46,343 nt of DNA. Source: Candidatus Berkelbacteria bacterium RIFCSPLOWO2_01_FULL_50_28. GTDB taxonomy: Bacteria > Patescibacteriota > UBA1384 > 2-12-FULL-50-11. The stretch covers positions 226,753 to 273,095 of the forward strand of contig MEZX01000002.1 in assembly GCA_001774395.1 (NCBI GenBank), given 5' to 3'. The notes under the pieces were generated by a model. It ran no database searches. It had not been told where the DNA came from and was given only the letters and a program-made list of their open reading frames with translations. The translations under genes and the position numbers were made by a program. Shown here in pieces: positions 9,353 to 17,617 of the stretch; the stretch's first letter is position 1, and each line of letters begins with the position of its first letter.

Positions 9353-10413
9353 ACTTCAATGCCGAGGCCCGGGCCTGTTGGCGGCAGAAACGAGTTGGTT
9401 TCTTTGTTATAGCTAACGCCGCTCGTTGGGTCGTCGGCCACGCGCTCCGGGTCGTTCTGATCGTGAATCATTGGGCTAGATAGTGCACCAGCGTAAATAT
9501 TGGTCACAGCGCCAAGCTGGCTGTGGATCATGTCGCCAATCATATATTTGACCTTGTGCTCGTCGCACCATGCGGCAATTTTTACCGCTTCCAAAATTCC
9601 GCCGCATTTAGCCAATTTGATATTTATCATATTGCCGACGCCAGCTTCCATATTCAGCACGACATCGCGGTAGTCGCAGATCGACTCATCCAGCATTATT
9701 GAAATGGGCGATTCTTTAGTTAGCTTTTTCAGGCTTGCCAAATCGTCCGCCAAGCACGGTTGCTCAATCCACTCAATCTTGTACGGCTCAACCAGGTGTA
9801 GTTTTGCCATAGCAGACTCGTAATCGCCCCAGCCCTGATTGGCGTCCAAGGTTATTTTTAAGTTGGGGAACTTCTGGCGAATGTACTCTAAGACAGGAAT
9901 GAGCGCGTCGACATTGGAGTTGCTTTTCACTTTTACAAAAATTGCGCCTTTCAGTTTTGGATCGAGTTCGCCTTGCAAAGCCGCGGCGTAATCGGCCATA
10001 GAGATTATGCGTTGCGAGTAGATCTCCTTTGGCTTGCCGCCGAGCAGCTCGAGGACGTTTTTGCCTGTTACTTTGCCGAGAAGATCAAGTAATGCGGCCT
10101 CAATGCCGGATTTGAGGGCAAAGTTGAATGCTACCTCGCGACTAATAGCGTCGAGGCAGTTGCGCACGTCGTCGACGGTTGCAAGCTTCTGACCAGTTAG
10201 CAGCCGACTGATTATGTCGTTCAAAGCCACGGCGCCGGCCGGCGTTTCGCCGTTGACGTCCCACGAGGCCGCCGCTTCACCGTAGCCGATATTGCCGGAT
10301 TCATCAGTAATTTGAACCATAGCGTACGGCAGCTCGTGCATGGTGAGCGTTGCGTAAGTGAACGGCTTGGTTAGTCGTAAGTGAAATTCGGAAATTGAAA
10401 TTTGTTTAATCAT
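9343..10413 (-). CDS. enolase-superfamily dipeptide epimerase (L-Ala-D/L-Glu epimerase-like)
   Basis: 356 aa with the metal-ligand and catalytic pattern 'LDANQGW', 'IEQP', 'LDESI' and 'INIKLAKCGG', plus a late 'GDM'. Confidence 0.8.
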   Translation of the reverse strand: MIKQISISEFHLRLTKPFTYATLTMHELPYAMVQITDESGNIGYGEAAASWDVNGETPAGAVALNDIISRLLTGQKLATVDDVRNCLDAISREVAFNFALKSGIEAALLDLLGKVTGKNVLELLGGKPKEIYSQRIISMADYAAALQGELDPKLKGAIFVKVKSNSNVDALIPVLEYIRQKFPNLKITLDANQGWGDYESAMAKLHLVEPYKIEWIEQPCLADDLASLKKLTKESPISIMLDESICDYRDVVLNMEAGVGNMINIKLAKCGGILEAVKIAAWCDEHKVKYMIGDMIHSQLGAVTNIYAGALSSPMIHDQNDPERVADDPTSGVSYNKETNSFLPPTGPGLGIEVKK

Positions 10414-10450
10414 TTGTCGTTGTAATATTAACAGATTTGGGCCGCTGTTG

Positions 10451-11116
10451 TCAGCGGCCCGTGGACTCTCGTCCGAATAGGATACCGGCCCGGGTGATCG
10501 AAAACCCTTTGTGGCCGTCAGAGAGCAATCTCTGAACCTGAGCGTGGGCCGTAAGGTCGACCGCGCCTTTGGCGTTGGAGAAGTTCACCGGCACTTCGGT
10601 GATGTTATCCCAGTGGATGATCGGTTCCTCCAGGAGCTGCTTGGTCATCAGCACCCTGGCGCCGTCTTCTTCAACCGGGCCGTAGAAGTCGCTTTGGTAC
10701 TCGACGATCAAGAACCCCTTGTCGAACCGTAGCTTCATCGAGGCGTAGTTCTCTACCCGAAGGGTGAGCTTCGCCACCTTCTTGCCCTGACTGACAGCGA
10801 ACTCATCCTGCTTATCCGCCAACAACCCGCCGTAGCCGTTGCCTTGGTGAGTTGGGTGGATGCCGGTGCCGTAGTAGTAAGCCTCATCCGCTGCAAGCTC
10901 GTGAGGGATCTCGGGAATCGTCGCTAAGAGCACTTGGCTCTCGCCGATTAGCGTGTTGTCTCGAGAAAAGAGCATGAAGATCGCTCCGTGTTCGAGCAGC
11001 TGCTCAAGTTCGCGCCTGGTAATGCCCTGGTGCTCGGCAAACGCCAGATCGTCCACGCGCTTCACGCGAGCCAGGTCGTCATGATTTGCCATTCGAATAT
11101 AATGTTCGTCGTTCAT
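10451..11116 (-). CDS. GNAT-family N-acetyltransferase
   Basis: 'IHPTHQGNGYGGLL' is the acetyl-CoA-binding Q/RxxGxG motif. GGAGG precedes the ATG. Confidence 0.7.
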   Translation of the reverse strand: MNDEHYIRMANHDDLARVKRVDDLAFAEHQGITRRELEQLLEHGAIFMLFSRDNTLIGESQVLLATIPEIPHELAADEAYYYGTGIHPTHQGNGYGGLLADKQDEFAVSQGKKVAKLTLRVENYASMKLRFDKGFLIVEYQSDFYGPVEEDGARVLMTKQLLEEPIIHWDNITEVPVNFSNAKGAVDLTAHAQVQRLLSDGHKGFSITRAGILFGRESTGR

Positions 11117-11151
11117 CCGTGACCTCCATCGATCCGAAAAAGTAAGGAACT

Positions 11152-11172
11152 AAAAAAGACCCTGATGGGTCC
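11152..11172 (-). terminator. minus-strand terminator-like hairpin inside the leader of the GNAT gene
   Basis: The minus strand reads GGACCC-AUCA-GGGUCU followed by a U run of 6, about 40 nt upstream of the GNAT start. No minus-strand gene lies upstream. Confidence 0.4.
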
Positions 11173-11388
11173 GTTTCCGCTTACGAGAAAGTAAGGGGGA
11201 ATCAACCCACCAAGGAAATCCTTTCTCGACGACGGGAAACTACCGTGCTCATAGAGAACAGTTTAATTGCAAATTGGCAAAATCGCAAGGTACCCCCTTG
11301 CAGTTATTAGCTACGAGTGCTAAATTATTGCCCGTGTGGCTGTGTTCTTTCACATAACACACAAATCCACCTTTCGGAGGTTTTAGCT

Positions 11389-12582
11389 ATGATGAAACCG
11401 AATGTGTATAGCGACGTAAGTCGTATGACGGACGTGATTGTGTCTCGTCCAGATAAGGCGATGTTTCACGTCACGTCCGAGAACTTCAAGGAATACCTGT
11501 TCGACGACCTTGTCGACGAACAACGAGCGGGAGGCGAACACGATGTGTTCACGGACCTGATGCGGCATTGTGGAATCAATGTCCACGATGTCCATCAACT
11601 GCTCATCAGCGTGCTAAGCGGCAGAAATCGCACAAAAGCAGCCAAGATGATCCTCGAGGGGAGCGGCCTTACCTACTGTAAACGGCTTAAGAAAGTGAGC
11701 GCCGAGACTTTGGCGGAGGTGCTCATTACGGGCTGCCTTCCCGACGAGGACGTGCCGCAGATCGTGCCGCTTTGTAACCTCACCTTCACTCGCGATAGCC
11801 ACTTTGTCATCGGTAATCGCGTTTTCATTGCCAACCCCAAGCACAACGTGCGAAAGCGGGAGGCATTGATTTACAGAGCGATCTACACCTTCCATGACCA
11901 GTTTAGACAGCCCAATCTCACTTCAATGCTTGGAGACGACTGGTCGATCGAAGGCGGCGACGTCATGATCTTAAGCAGAGAAGTCGCCGTTATCGGTGGG
12001 GTACACCGAACACATTCGCGCGCCGCCGAGAAGTTGAGCGAAATCCTGTTCCACGAGATGGGGTTCAAGGCTGTCTTTCGGGTCTCGTTCGAGGTGGACG
12101 GTCGCGACAAGATGCACCTCGACACAACGTTTACCATGATCGATCACGGACTCTGCCTGGTTCACGCTCCGGTGATGCTTGGTCGTTCAGCGGGAGTGGA
12201 AACCTCTGTTCTGCGCTGTAACACTCATAACGAAGCGCTGATGTGGGACCGAGTACCTACTTTGCTCGATGGACTCAAAAGTGTCGGGTTGGAACTTGAG
12301 CCTGTCATCTGTGGGGGCGAACACCCGACACGCCAGAACCGCGAGCAGTGGTGGGACGGGTGCAACACTCTTGCTCTAGCCCCAGGTGTGATCACCATTT
12401 ACGACCGTTGCGAGGCAACTATCCGTGAGCTGGAGAAAGCCGGTTTTAGGGTCGTCAACGCAGCGGACGTCAAATCGCCAGAGGATCTCGATGGGAAGAT
12501 GGTCATCTTGATGCCGTCAAACGAGCTTCCCAAGGCTCGTGGTGGTTGGCACTGTATGGCAATGTCGTGGTGGCGGGACTAG
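11389..12582 (+). CDS. arcA: arginine deiminase-like pentein
   Basis: 'NLTFTRDSHF', 'IEGGDVMIL', 'MHLDTTFTMIDH', 'NTLALAPGVI' and C-terminal 'GGWHCMAM'. GGAGG lies 8 nt upstream of ATG 11389. The ORF opens earlier, at 11317. Confidence 0.8.
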   Translation: MMKPNVYSDVSRMTDVIVSRPDKAMFHVTSENFKEYLFDDLVDEQRAGGEHDVFTDLMRHCGINVHDVHQLLISVLSGRNRTKAAKMILEGSGLTYCKRLKKVSAETLAEVLITGCLPDEDVPQIVPLCNLTFTRDSHFVIGNRVFIANPKHNVRKREALIYRAIYTFHDQFRQPNLTSMLGDDWSIEGGDVMILSREVAVIGGVHRTHSRAAEKLSEILFHEMGFKAVFRVSFEVDGRDKMHLDTTFTMIDHGLCLVHAPVMLGRSAGVETSVLRCNTHNEALMWDRVPTLLDGLKSVGLELEPVICGGEHPTRQNREQWWDGCNTLALAPGVITIYDRCEATIRELEKAGFRVVNAADVKSPEDLDGKMVILMPSNELPKARGGWHCMAMSWWRD

Positions 12583-12620
12583 CGGAAGTGGCAGAGGTGT
12601 CAGGTGAGAGGACTCCCAAA

Positions 12621-12649
12621 GGGGGCGCGAATAGCGCCCCTGATTTTTA
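12621..12649 (+). terminator. rho-independent terminator
   Basis: GGGGCGC / GCGCCCC stem with a GAATA loop, then TGATTTTTAT. Confidence 0.7.
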
Positions 12650-12665
12650 TATTTGTCCATAACCA

Positions 12666-12694
12666 TTGAATATTGGCGAATTTTCTGGTTAAAT
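12666..12694 (+). promoter_or_regulatory. candidate promoter for argS
   Basis: TTGAAT, 17-nt spacer, TTAAAT. Confidence 0.3.
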
Positions 12695-12750
12695 AACCGC
12701 ATGAATTGCCGCACCTTAACACAACGGCGGCAGTAGAGGAGAATAGAATT

Positions 12751-14607
12751 ATGAAGATGCACACAATCGACAGAACCATTTCGGAGCTTGCGTCGGTTGT
12801 GGCGCAAGAGACAGGGTTGGAAACGGCTCAAGTGACGATCCTGGCGCCCAAAGCGGGCGTCGACGCCGATCTTTGCTTTCCGTGTTTCGCATTGGCCGGA
12901 ACTTTGAAGAAGAGCCCGGGCGAGATCGCGACTGACTTGGCGAGCAAGCTTCAAGGCAAACTGCCTGACACGATCGCTAAGGCTGAAGCAGCCGGACCGT
13001 ATCTGAATTTCAAGTACAATTGGCCGGTCTTCGCCAACTTCGTTTTCGGCGAAGTGGCAGACGACGCCACGTACGGCTACAGCGATACGGGCAAAGGGAA
13101 GACGGTCGTCGTCGATCTCTCTGCACCAAATATTGCCAAGCCGTTCTCTGTCGGGCATTTGCGCTCAACCGTCATCGGCGACGCGCTGGTGCGACACTTC
13201 CGGGCCCAGGGTTGCACCGTCATCGGTGACAACCATCTGGGCGACTGGGGGACAACCTTTGGCAAAATGATCGTCGCTCTTCGCCATTGGGGTGATCGAG
13301 CGGCAATCGAGAAGAGTTCCGATCCGGTCAGCGAGCTTACGAAACTCTATGTCCGGTTTCAGTCGGAGGTTGGCTCCAAAGACAACAAGAAGAATCGGCA
13401 TAAGGGTCTTCCGGCTCAGGGTGAAGTTCCAGCTGAGTTGGAGGCTACTGAAGAGCAGCTTGATGTCACCAGCCCTCTGATGATCGAAGCGCGAGATGCT
13501 GCGCTGGCTCTCGAGCAGGACTCGCCGGAAGAGATTGCGCTGTGGAAATGGTTTATAGAGCTGTCTCTCAAGATGTTCGAGAAGATTTACCACCAACTCG
13601 GTGTGAAGTTTGACGAACAGCTGGGTGAGTCGGCGTACAGAACCTTGATCCCTGAGACCATCGAATGGCTCAAGGACAGCGGTATTCTCAAAACCGAACC
13701 TGATGGCTCCATCGTTGTGCCACTTCCCGACATGGACGTCAGGGATCGGCACGATAACGCTTTCGAGACACCGCTGATGGTTCTCAAGACCAACAGCGGG
13801 ACAGTCTACGAAACGCGCGATTTGGCCTGTGCGCTGTATCGCGAGAAGCGTTGGCAGCCAGCCAAAATCATCTACGTAGTCGGCAGCGAACAGAGCTCGT
13901 ACTTCGATAAGCTGTTCGTTGGGCTGAAGCTGGCAGGTCTGAAGGCTGATCTCGTTCATACCGAGTTCGGCATGGTCCTCATGATGAACCCGGCAAGTGA
14001 AAAGTGGGAGAAGATGTCAACTCGCCAAGGACGCGTGGTGCTTCTAGAGGATTTGCTCAGCCAGGCTGTTGCGAAAGCTCGCGAGGTTCTCGACGATCCT
14101 GAGCGGCATTTGCATATTGACGAGGGATCGAAGGATGAAATCGCACGGATCATTGGTATCGGCGCGATCAAGTTCAACGACCTCGGACAAGCTAGACAAC
14201 GCGATGTCCGCTTCGATTGGGACGCGATGCTTAGCTTGAATGGCTATTCCGGACCGTACCTGCAGTATATGGCGGTGCGGGCCAAGTCGGTGTTGAGCAA
14301 GGCTCCAGCTACGGGGAAGCCCGACGTTTCGACGCTGGGTGATAAGGAGTGGCCGCTCATTGAGCTGGTCGCTCGTTTCCCGCAGGTGATTGCCAGGGTC
14401 TGCGACCGCTACGAGCCGCATCACATGGCGCAGTATCTGTACGAACTCGCCTCGGCCTTTGGAAGCTACTACGACGGCACTCGGATCATCGATCCGGAGA
14501 CGTCGCCAGAGCTGCAGAACACGCGGCTGCACCTGGTGCAGGCCGTCGGGACGGTGCTTGAGGAAGGCTTACAGCTTCTCGGCATTGAAACTCCCGAGAA
14601 AATGTAG
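12751..14607 (+). CDS. argS: arginyl-tRNA synthetase
   Basis: 'SAPNIAKPFSVGHLRSTVIGDAL' is the HIGH-type region, 'MSTRQG' is in the KMSK position, and a DALR-like C-terminus ends in M. AGGAG precedes ATG 12751. Confidence 0.92.
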   Translation: MKMHTIDRTISELASVVAQETGLETAQVTILAPKAGVDADLCFPCFALAGTLKKSPGEIATDLASKLQGKLPDTIAKAEAAGPYLNFKYNWPVFANFVFGEVADDATYGYSDTGKGKTVVVDLSAPNIAKPFSVGHLRSTVIGDALVRHFRAQGCTVIGDNHLGDWGTTFGKMIVALRHWGDRAAIEKSSDPVSELTKLYVRFQSEVGSKDNKKNRHKGLPAQGEVPAELEATEEQLDVTSPLMIEARDAALALEQDSPEEIALWKWFIELSLKMFEKIYHQLGVKFDEQLGESAYRTLIPETIEWLKDSGILKTEPDGSIVVPLPDMDVRDRHDNAFETPLMVLKTNSGTVYETRDLACALYREKRWQPAKIIYVVGSEQSSYFDKLFVGLKLAGLKADLVHTEFGMVLMMNPASEKWEKMSTRQGRVVLLEDLLSQAVAKAREVLDDPERHLHIDEGSKDEIARIIGIGAIKFNDLGQARQRDVRFDWDAMLSLNGYSGPYLQYMAVRAKSVLSKAPATGKPDVSTLGDKEWPLIELVARFPQVIARVCDRYEPHHMAQYLYELASAFGSYYDGTRIIDPETSPELQNTRLHLVQAVGTVLEEGLQLLGIETPEKM

Positions 14608-14636
14608 CCAGAACCGAAAAACCATCAAAACCAATA

Positions 14637-14672
14637 GGGGCTCCGCGCGATCGTGCGGAGCCCTGTTTTTTT
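14637..14672 (+). terminator. rho-independent terminator (copy 1 of a twin hairpin)
   Basis: GGGCTCCGC / GCGGAGCCC stem, then TGTTTTTTT. Confidence 0.8.
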
Positions 14673-14745
14673 ACGCTAATTGATTTACAATACATCCACA
14701 ACTTGGTAGCCCCAAGATGATCTTCTTATCGGTGTGAGGTTAGAA

Positions 14746-15822
14746 ATGGTTCATATCAAAAGTGTTCCGATCCCATCATTTGTGGGCTCACCCTGGAGTC
14801 AATTTCCTCCGGCAACGTTCGAGGCTGCTCCGGCCCCCGGCGTTTTGCCCGAAGGATTCTTTTCGACGGTCAACGCGCCCACTTTCTTCAAGCTTGGGAA
14901 TTACCATTGGGTACTTCCTGAAGCCCCTCGGATGGACGCTGTGGCGATTCTGGACAGAGGGCAAGTCGTTATAAAGGAGCGTCGCTTCGTTCGCGGGGGT
15001 GAACTCGTGGCGATGCATCAAGTTGAGGACGGCTCGCAAGGCATTAAGGTGTTTGGCAATGAGCTCTTTGATGCCGAGCGGAGTGCTTCGGAAACCGCGG
15101 CGATGCCGTTCATGACTGCTGGCGTCTCTCGAGAGAGGCCGGTGGACTACAGCATACTGGCCGAGCTATTGATGGAGAACAAGCTCTACGGCGGCAAGGC
15201 GATGTGGGTCGTCGGCCCGGCTGTTGTTCATGCCGGAGCGCACCGCGACTTTTGCACCATTATCGATCGAGGGCTAGTGGATATCCTTTCAATCGGCAAT
15301 GCCACGGCGGTGCACGACATCGAATCCGCGCTCTACGGCACGGCGCTGGGCGCTGGCGAAGCGGAGGGCGATCACTCCAGCCATATGCGGGCGATCAACG
15401 AGGTGCACAAAGCCGGGAGTGTCAGTGCTTTGGTTGATTCGGGGCGGCTGACGGGCGGCATCATGCACGCCTGCATCACCCGTACGATCCCGACAATCAT
15501 CGCCGGCTCGATCCGCGACGACGGACCGTTGCCAGAAACGATCACCTCTGTTCTGGAATCGCAGGAAGCAATCAGGACGGCGGCGCAAAGGACGACGCTT
15601 GTTGTCATCCTCGCAACCGTTCTGCACGGCATCGCCACTGGCAACATCTTCCCGACCTACTACGTCAGGGACGACAGGATCTTCAGCTTGCCGTTCATTA
15701 CGGTCGATATGGACGAGTTTGCCGTCACCAAACTCAAGGATCGCGGCACCGGCCAAGCAATCGGCGTTGTTGGCAACGCCCGCGACTTCCTGGCTATTCT
15801 CGCCGGCAAGTTCGAGAAGTAG
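14746..15822 (+). CDS. LOR/SDH-like (TIGR00300-type) protein; possible archaeal-type ornithine cyclodeaminase
   Basis: 358 aa. Motifs recalled from this family are 'VVGPAVVHAGA', 'IGNATAVHDIESALYGTALG' and 'AGSIRDDGPLPE'. GAGG lies 6 nt upstream of ATG 14746. The CDS call is solid; the function is recalled from memory only. Confidence 0.55.
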   Translation: MVHIKSVPIPSFVGSPWSQFPPATFEAAPAPGVLPEGFFSTVNAPTFFKLGNYHWVLPEAPRMDAVAILDRGQVVIKERRFVRGGELVAMHQVEDGSQGIKVFGNELFDAERSASETAAMPFMTAGVSRERPVDYSILAELLMENKLYGGKAMWVVGPAVVHAGAHRDFCTIIDRGLVDILSIGNATAVHDIESALYGTALGAGEAEGDHSSHMRAINEVHKAGSVSALVDSGRLTGGIMHACITRTIPTIIAGSIRDDGPLPETITSVLESQEAIRTAAQRTTLVVILATVLHGIATGNIFPTYYVRDDRIFSLPFITVDMDEFAVTKLKDRGTGQAIGVVGNARDFLAILAGKFEK

Positions 15823-15837
15823 GCCACTTCACAAGAA

Positions 15838-15870
15838 GGGGCTCCGCGCAAGCGCGGAGCCCTGTTTTTT
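15838..15870. terminator. rho-independent terminator (copy 2 of the twin hairpin), between convergent genes
   Basis: GGGCTCCGC / GCGGAGCCC stem, then TGTTTTTT. Confidence 0.8.
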
Positions 15871-15875
15871 ACTTC

Positions 15876-17501
15876 TTAGCGAAGTGTTAGTACGACGCTG
15901 GTAACCTCGCAGTCGTCGTAGGTGTCGGTTAGCTCAGGGATGACGGTTTCGATGTCGATTAGGTTCTTGCCGGCCTTCAATTTGGACGGCGAAAACTCGA
16001 AACGAAACTGCTCCCATGTGTCGCTGGTCGCCACGGCCCGGCCGACTTCGTGTCGGTTGAACGAGACGATCGGGTCTTTGCGCGGCACGGCCCTCACCTT
16101 AAGAGTGATAACGGCCGTTTTTTTCTCGGCGAGCTGCTCGGCGGTTAGCTTGAACTCGGCTGCCCAAACGGTTTTGATGCCGGCTTCGTCGTCGCCGAGT
16201 CGCACTGTTTTCTCCAGCAGCTTGATCGTTACTGGGCCGGTCGGTCCCTCCACGTAACCCGGGTAGCCTTTTGGGGCAACCGTGGCGCCGTTTGGCCAGT
16301 AGACGTAACCAGTAACATGATCGGTCTTGGCGATATCGATCTCACGTTCGCGGATCAGTCCATCCAGATTCAAACTCCAGTTGCAGTCCCACAGTTTCCA
16401 AACTGTGCCCGTTACGTGCTCTGTTAGAAGGGCGACGTGACCGTAGCCGGAGACTTCTTTCCCCCAAACCATAATAGCGCCAACTTTTGGTGTGCTACCG
16501 ACACCGTAACCGGCGTTTTTACAGTTTGCATACCAGTGGTGGGCGTTCGAGTCGCTCGTTGCAGTGATCGGCACTAACGGAATCGATTCGGGTCGCACAG
16601 CCTGGACAAACCAAGTGCAGTTGCGCTCTGGAAAGACGTTCTTCAGATTGAACACGTCCCAGCCGGTGGCTTTCTTGTACGCGGCCTGCCAAGCGGCCTT
16701 CTCTTTATCCGGATCGAACTTCTGCAGTTCGCCGAGTGTGACGCCGCTAACGAGCACATCACGGTAGCTACTGCCGTACAGCTTCTCAAACATCTTGTCT
16801 TTGAGCAGTAGCGACCTGGCGACGGTCGGCTGATGGGTGGCGAAGAGCTGGTGCAGGAGACCGGGATTGTCGTTGGCCGTTGTTTCCAGCCGTCGCATCA
16901 GTGCCAAGCCGCCGCTAGGGTCAAACCCGGCTTTGACGGCCAGCTCGAATCCTTCACGATCGGCTTGCTCTTCGTCGCGACGCGAGTGACCGGAGGAAAA
17001 AAGTTGAGAGGCGATCTCGGCTACAAAGCGTGCCTTGCGATCGCTTATTGAACTCAACACTACCGAACCGATCAAGCTATCGCGTAACTGTTTGAAGCCG
17101 TGCGAGCGGTTGGTGTGCGTCAGCTCATGCGCGAGAACGAAGCCGATCTCGTCGTCGCTGATGCCGCGCAAATCTGCCAACCCGTCGTTGATCAGGACCT
17201 GACCGCCCGGCAGAGCGTAAGCGTTGATCTCGTAGTTCTGGAGCAGAGTCAGCTGGTAGCTGAAGTCCTTTCTCTTCTCACCGGTGTCGACCAGTTTGTC
17301 GAAAACCTTCCTGATGCGCAGGTACAGATTGGAACCGTCTTCCTTGCTGAACCGTTGGGTCAGGTCGTCTTGGCCAAGTTCGCCTACCAAGCGTTCGGCT
17401 TTAGTTCCACCCCCAATGATAGTGGCAAGGTTGAAGAGCTTCTCCCACGGATCGTCCTGCGGTGCGGCTAGCACCAAACTTGCAATCACGAGTGACAGCA
17501 T
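15876..17501 (-). CDS. secreted M48 metallopeptidase + CHAP amidase/peptidase fusion protein
   Basis: The N-terminus is signal-like (LSLVIASLVLAAP). 'HELTHTNRSHG ... EEQADREG' marks the M48 domain. 'NCTWFVQAV ... GYGHVALL' gives the CHAP Cys/His pair. A beta-rich C-terminal domain follows. GGAGGAGG precedes ATG 17501, and GTG 17510 is also possible. Confidence 0.8.
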   Translation of the reverse strand: MLSLVIASLVLAAPQDDPWEKLFNLATIIGGGTKAERLVGELGQDDLTQRFSKEDGSNLYLRIRKVFDKLVDTGEKRKDFSYQLTLLQNYEINAYALPGGQVLINDGLADLRGISDDEIGFVLAHELTHTNRSHGFKQLRDSLIGSVVLSSISDRKARFVAEIASQLFSSGHSRRDEEQADREGFELAVKAGFDPSGGLALMRRLETTANDNPGLLHQLFATHQPTVARSLLLKDKMFEKLYGSSYRDVLVSGVTLGELQKFDPDKEKAAWQAAYKKATGWDVFNLKNVFPERNCTWFVQAVRPESIPLVPITATSDSNAHHWYANCKNAGYGVGSTPKVGAIMVWGKEVSGYGHVALLTEHVTGTVWKLWDCNWSLNLDGLIREREIDIAKTDHVTGYVYWPNGATVAPKGYPGYVEGPTGPVTIKLLEKTVRLGDDEAGIKTVWAAEFKLTAEQLAEKKTAVITLKVRAVPRKDPIVSFNRHEVGRAVATSDTWEQFRFEFSPSKLKAGKNLIDIETVIPELTDTYDDCEVTSVVLTLR

Positions 17502-17562
17502 TACTGCCACCTCCTCCCCTGATTTTCAGGGACAAAATATAAGGAAAGTATAGCACCGGCGA

Positions 17563-17591
17563 TTGATCACGGACACGTTTTGCACTAGAAT
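17563..17591 (+). promoter_or_regulatory. sigma70-like promoter
   Basis: TTGATC, 17-nt spacer, TAGAAT, 27 nt upstream of GTG 17618. Confidence 0.45.
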
Positions 17592-17617
17592 AACGCTGTT
17601 CCATACGGAGGTGTTTT

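Noticed and set aside
12517-13959. Minus-strand ORFs of 213 aa (12517..13158) and 264 aa (13165..13959)
   Set aside because: They are antisense to argS, whose class I motifs are unambiguous. Their composition is Arg-rich and low-complexity.
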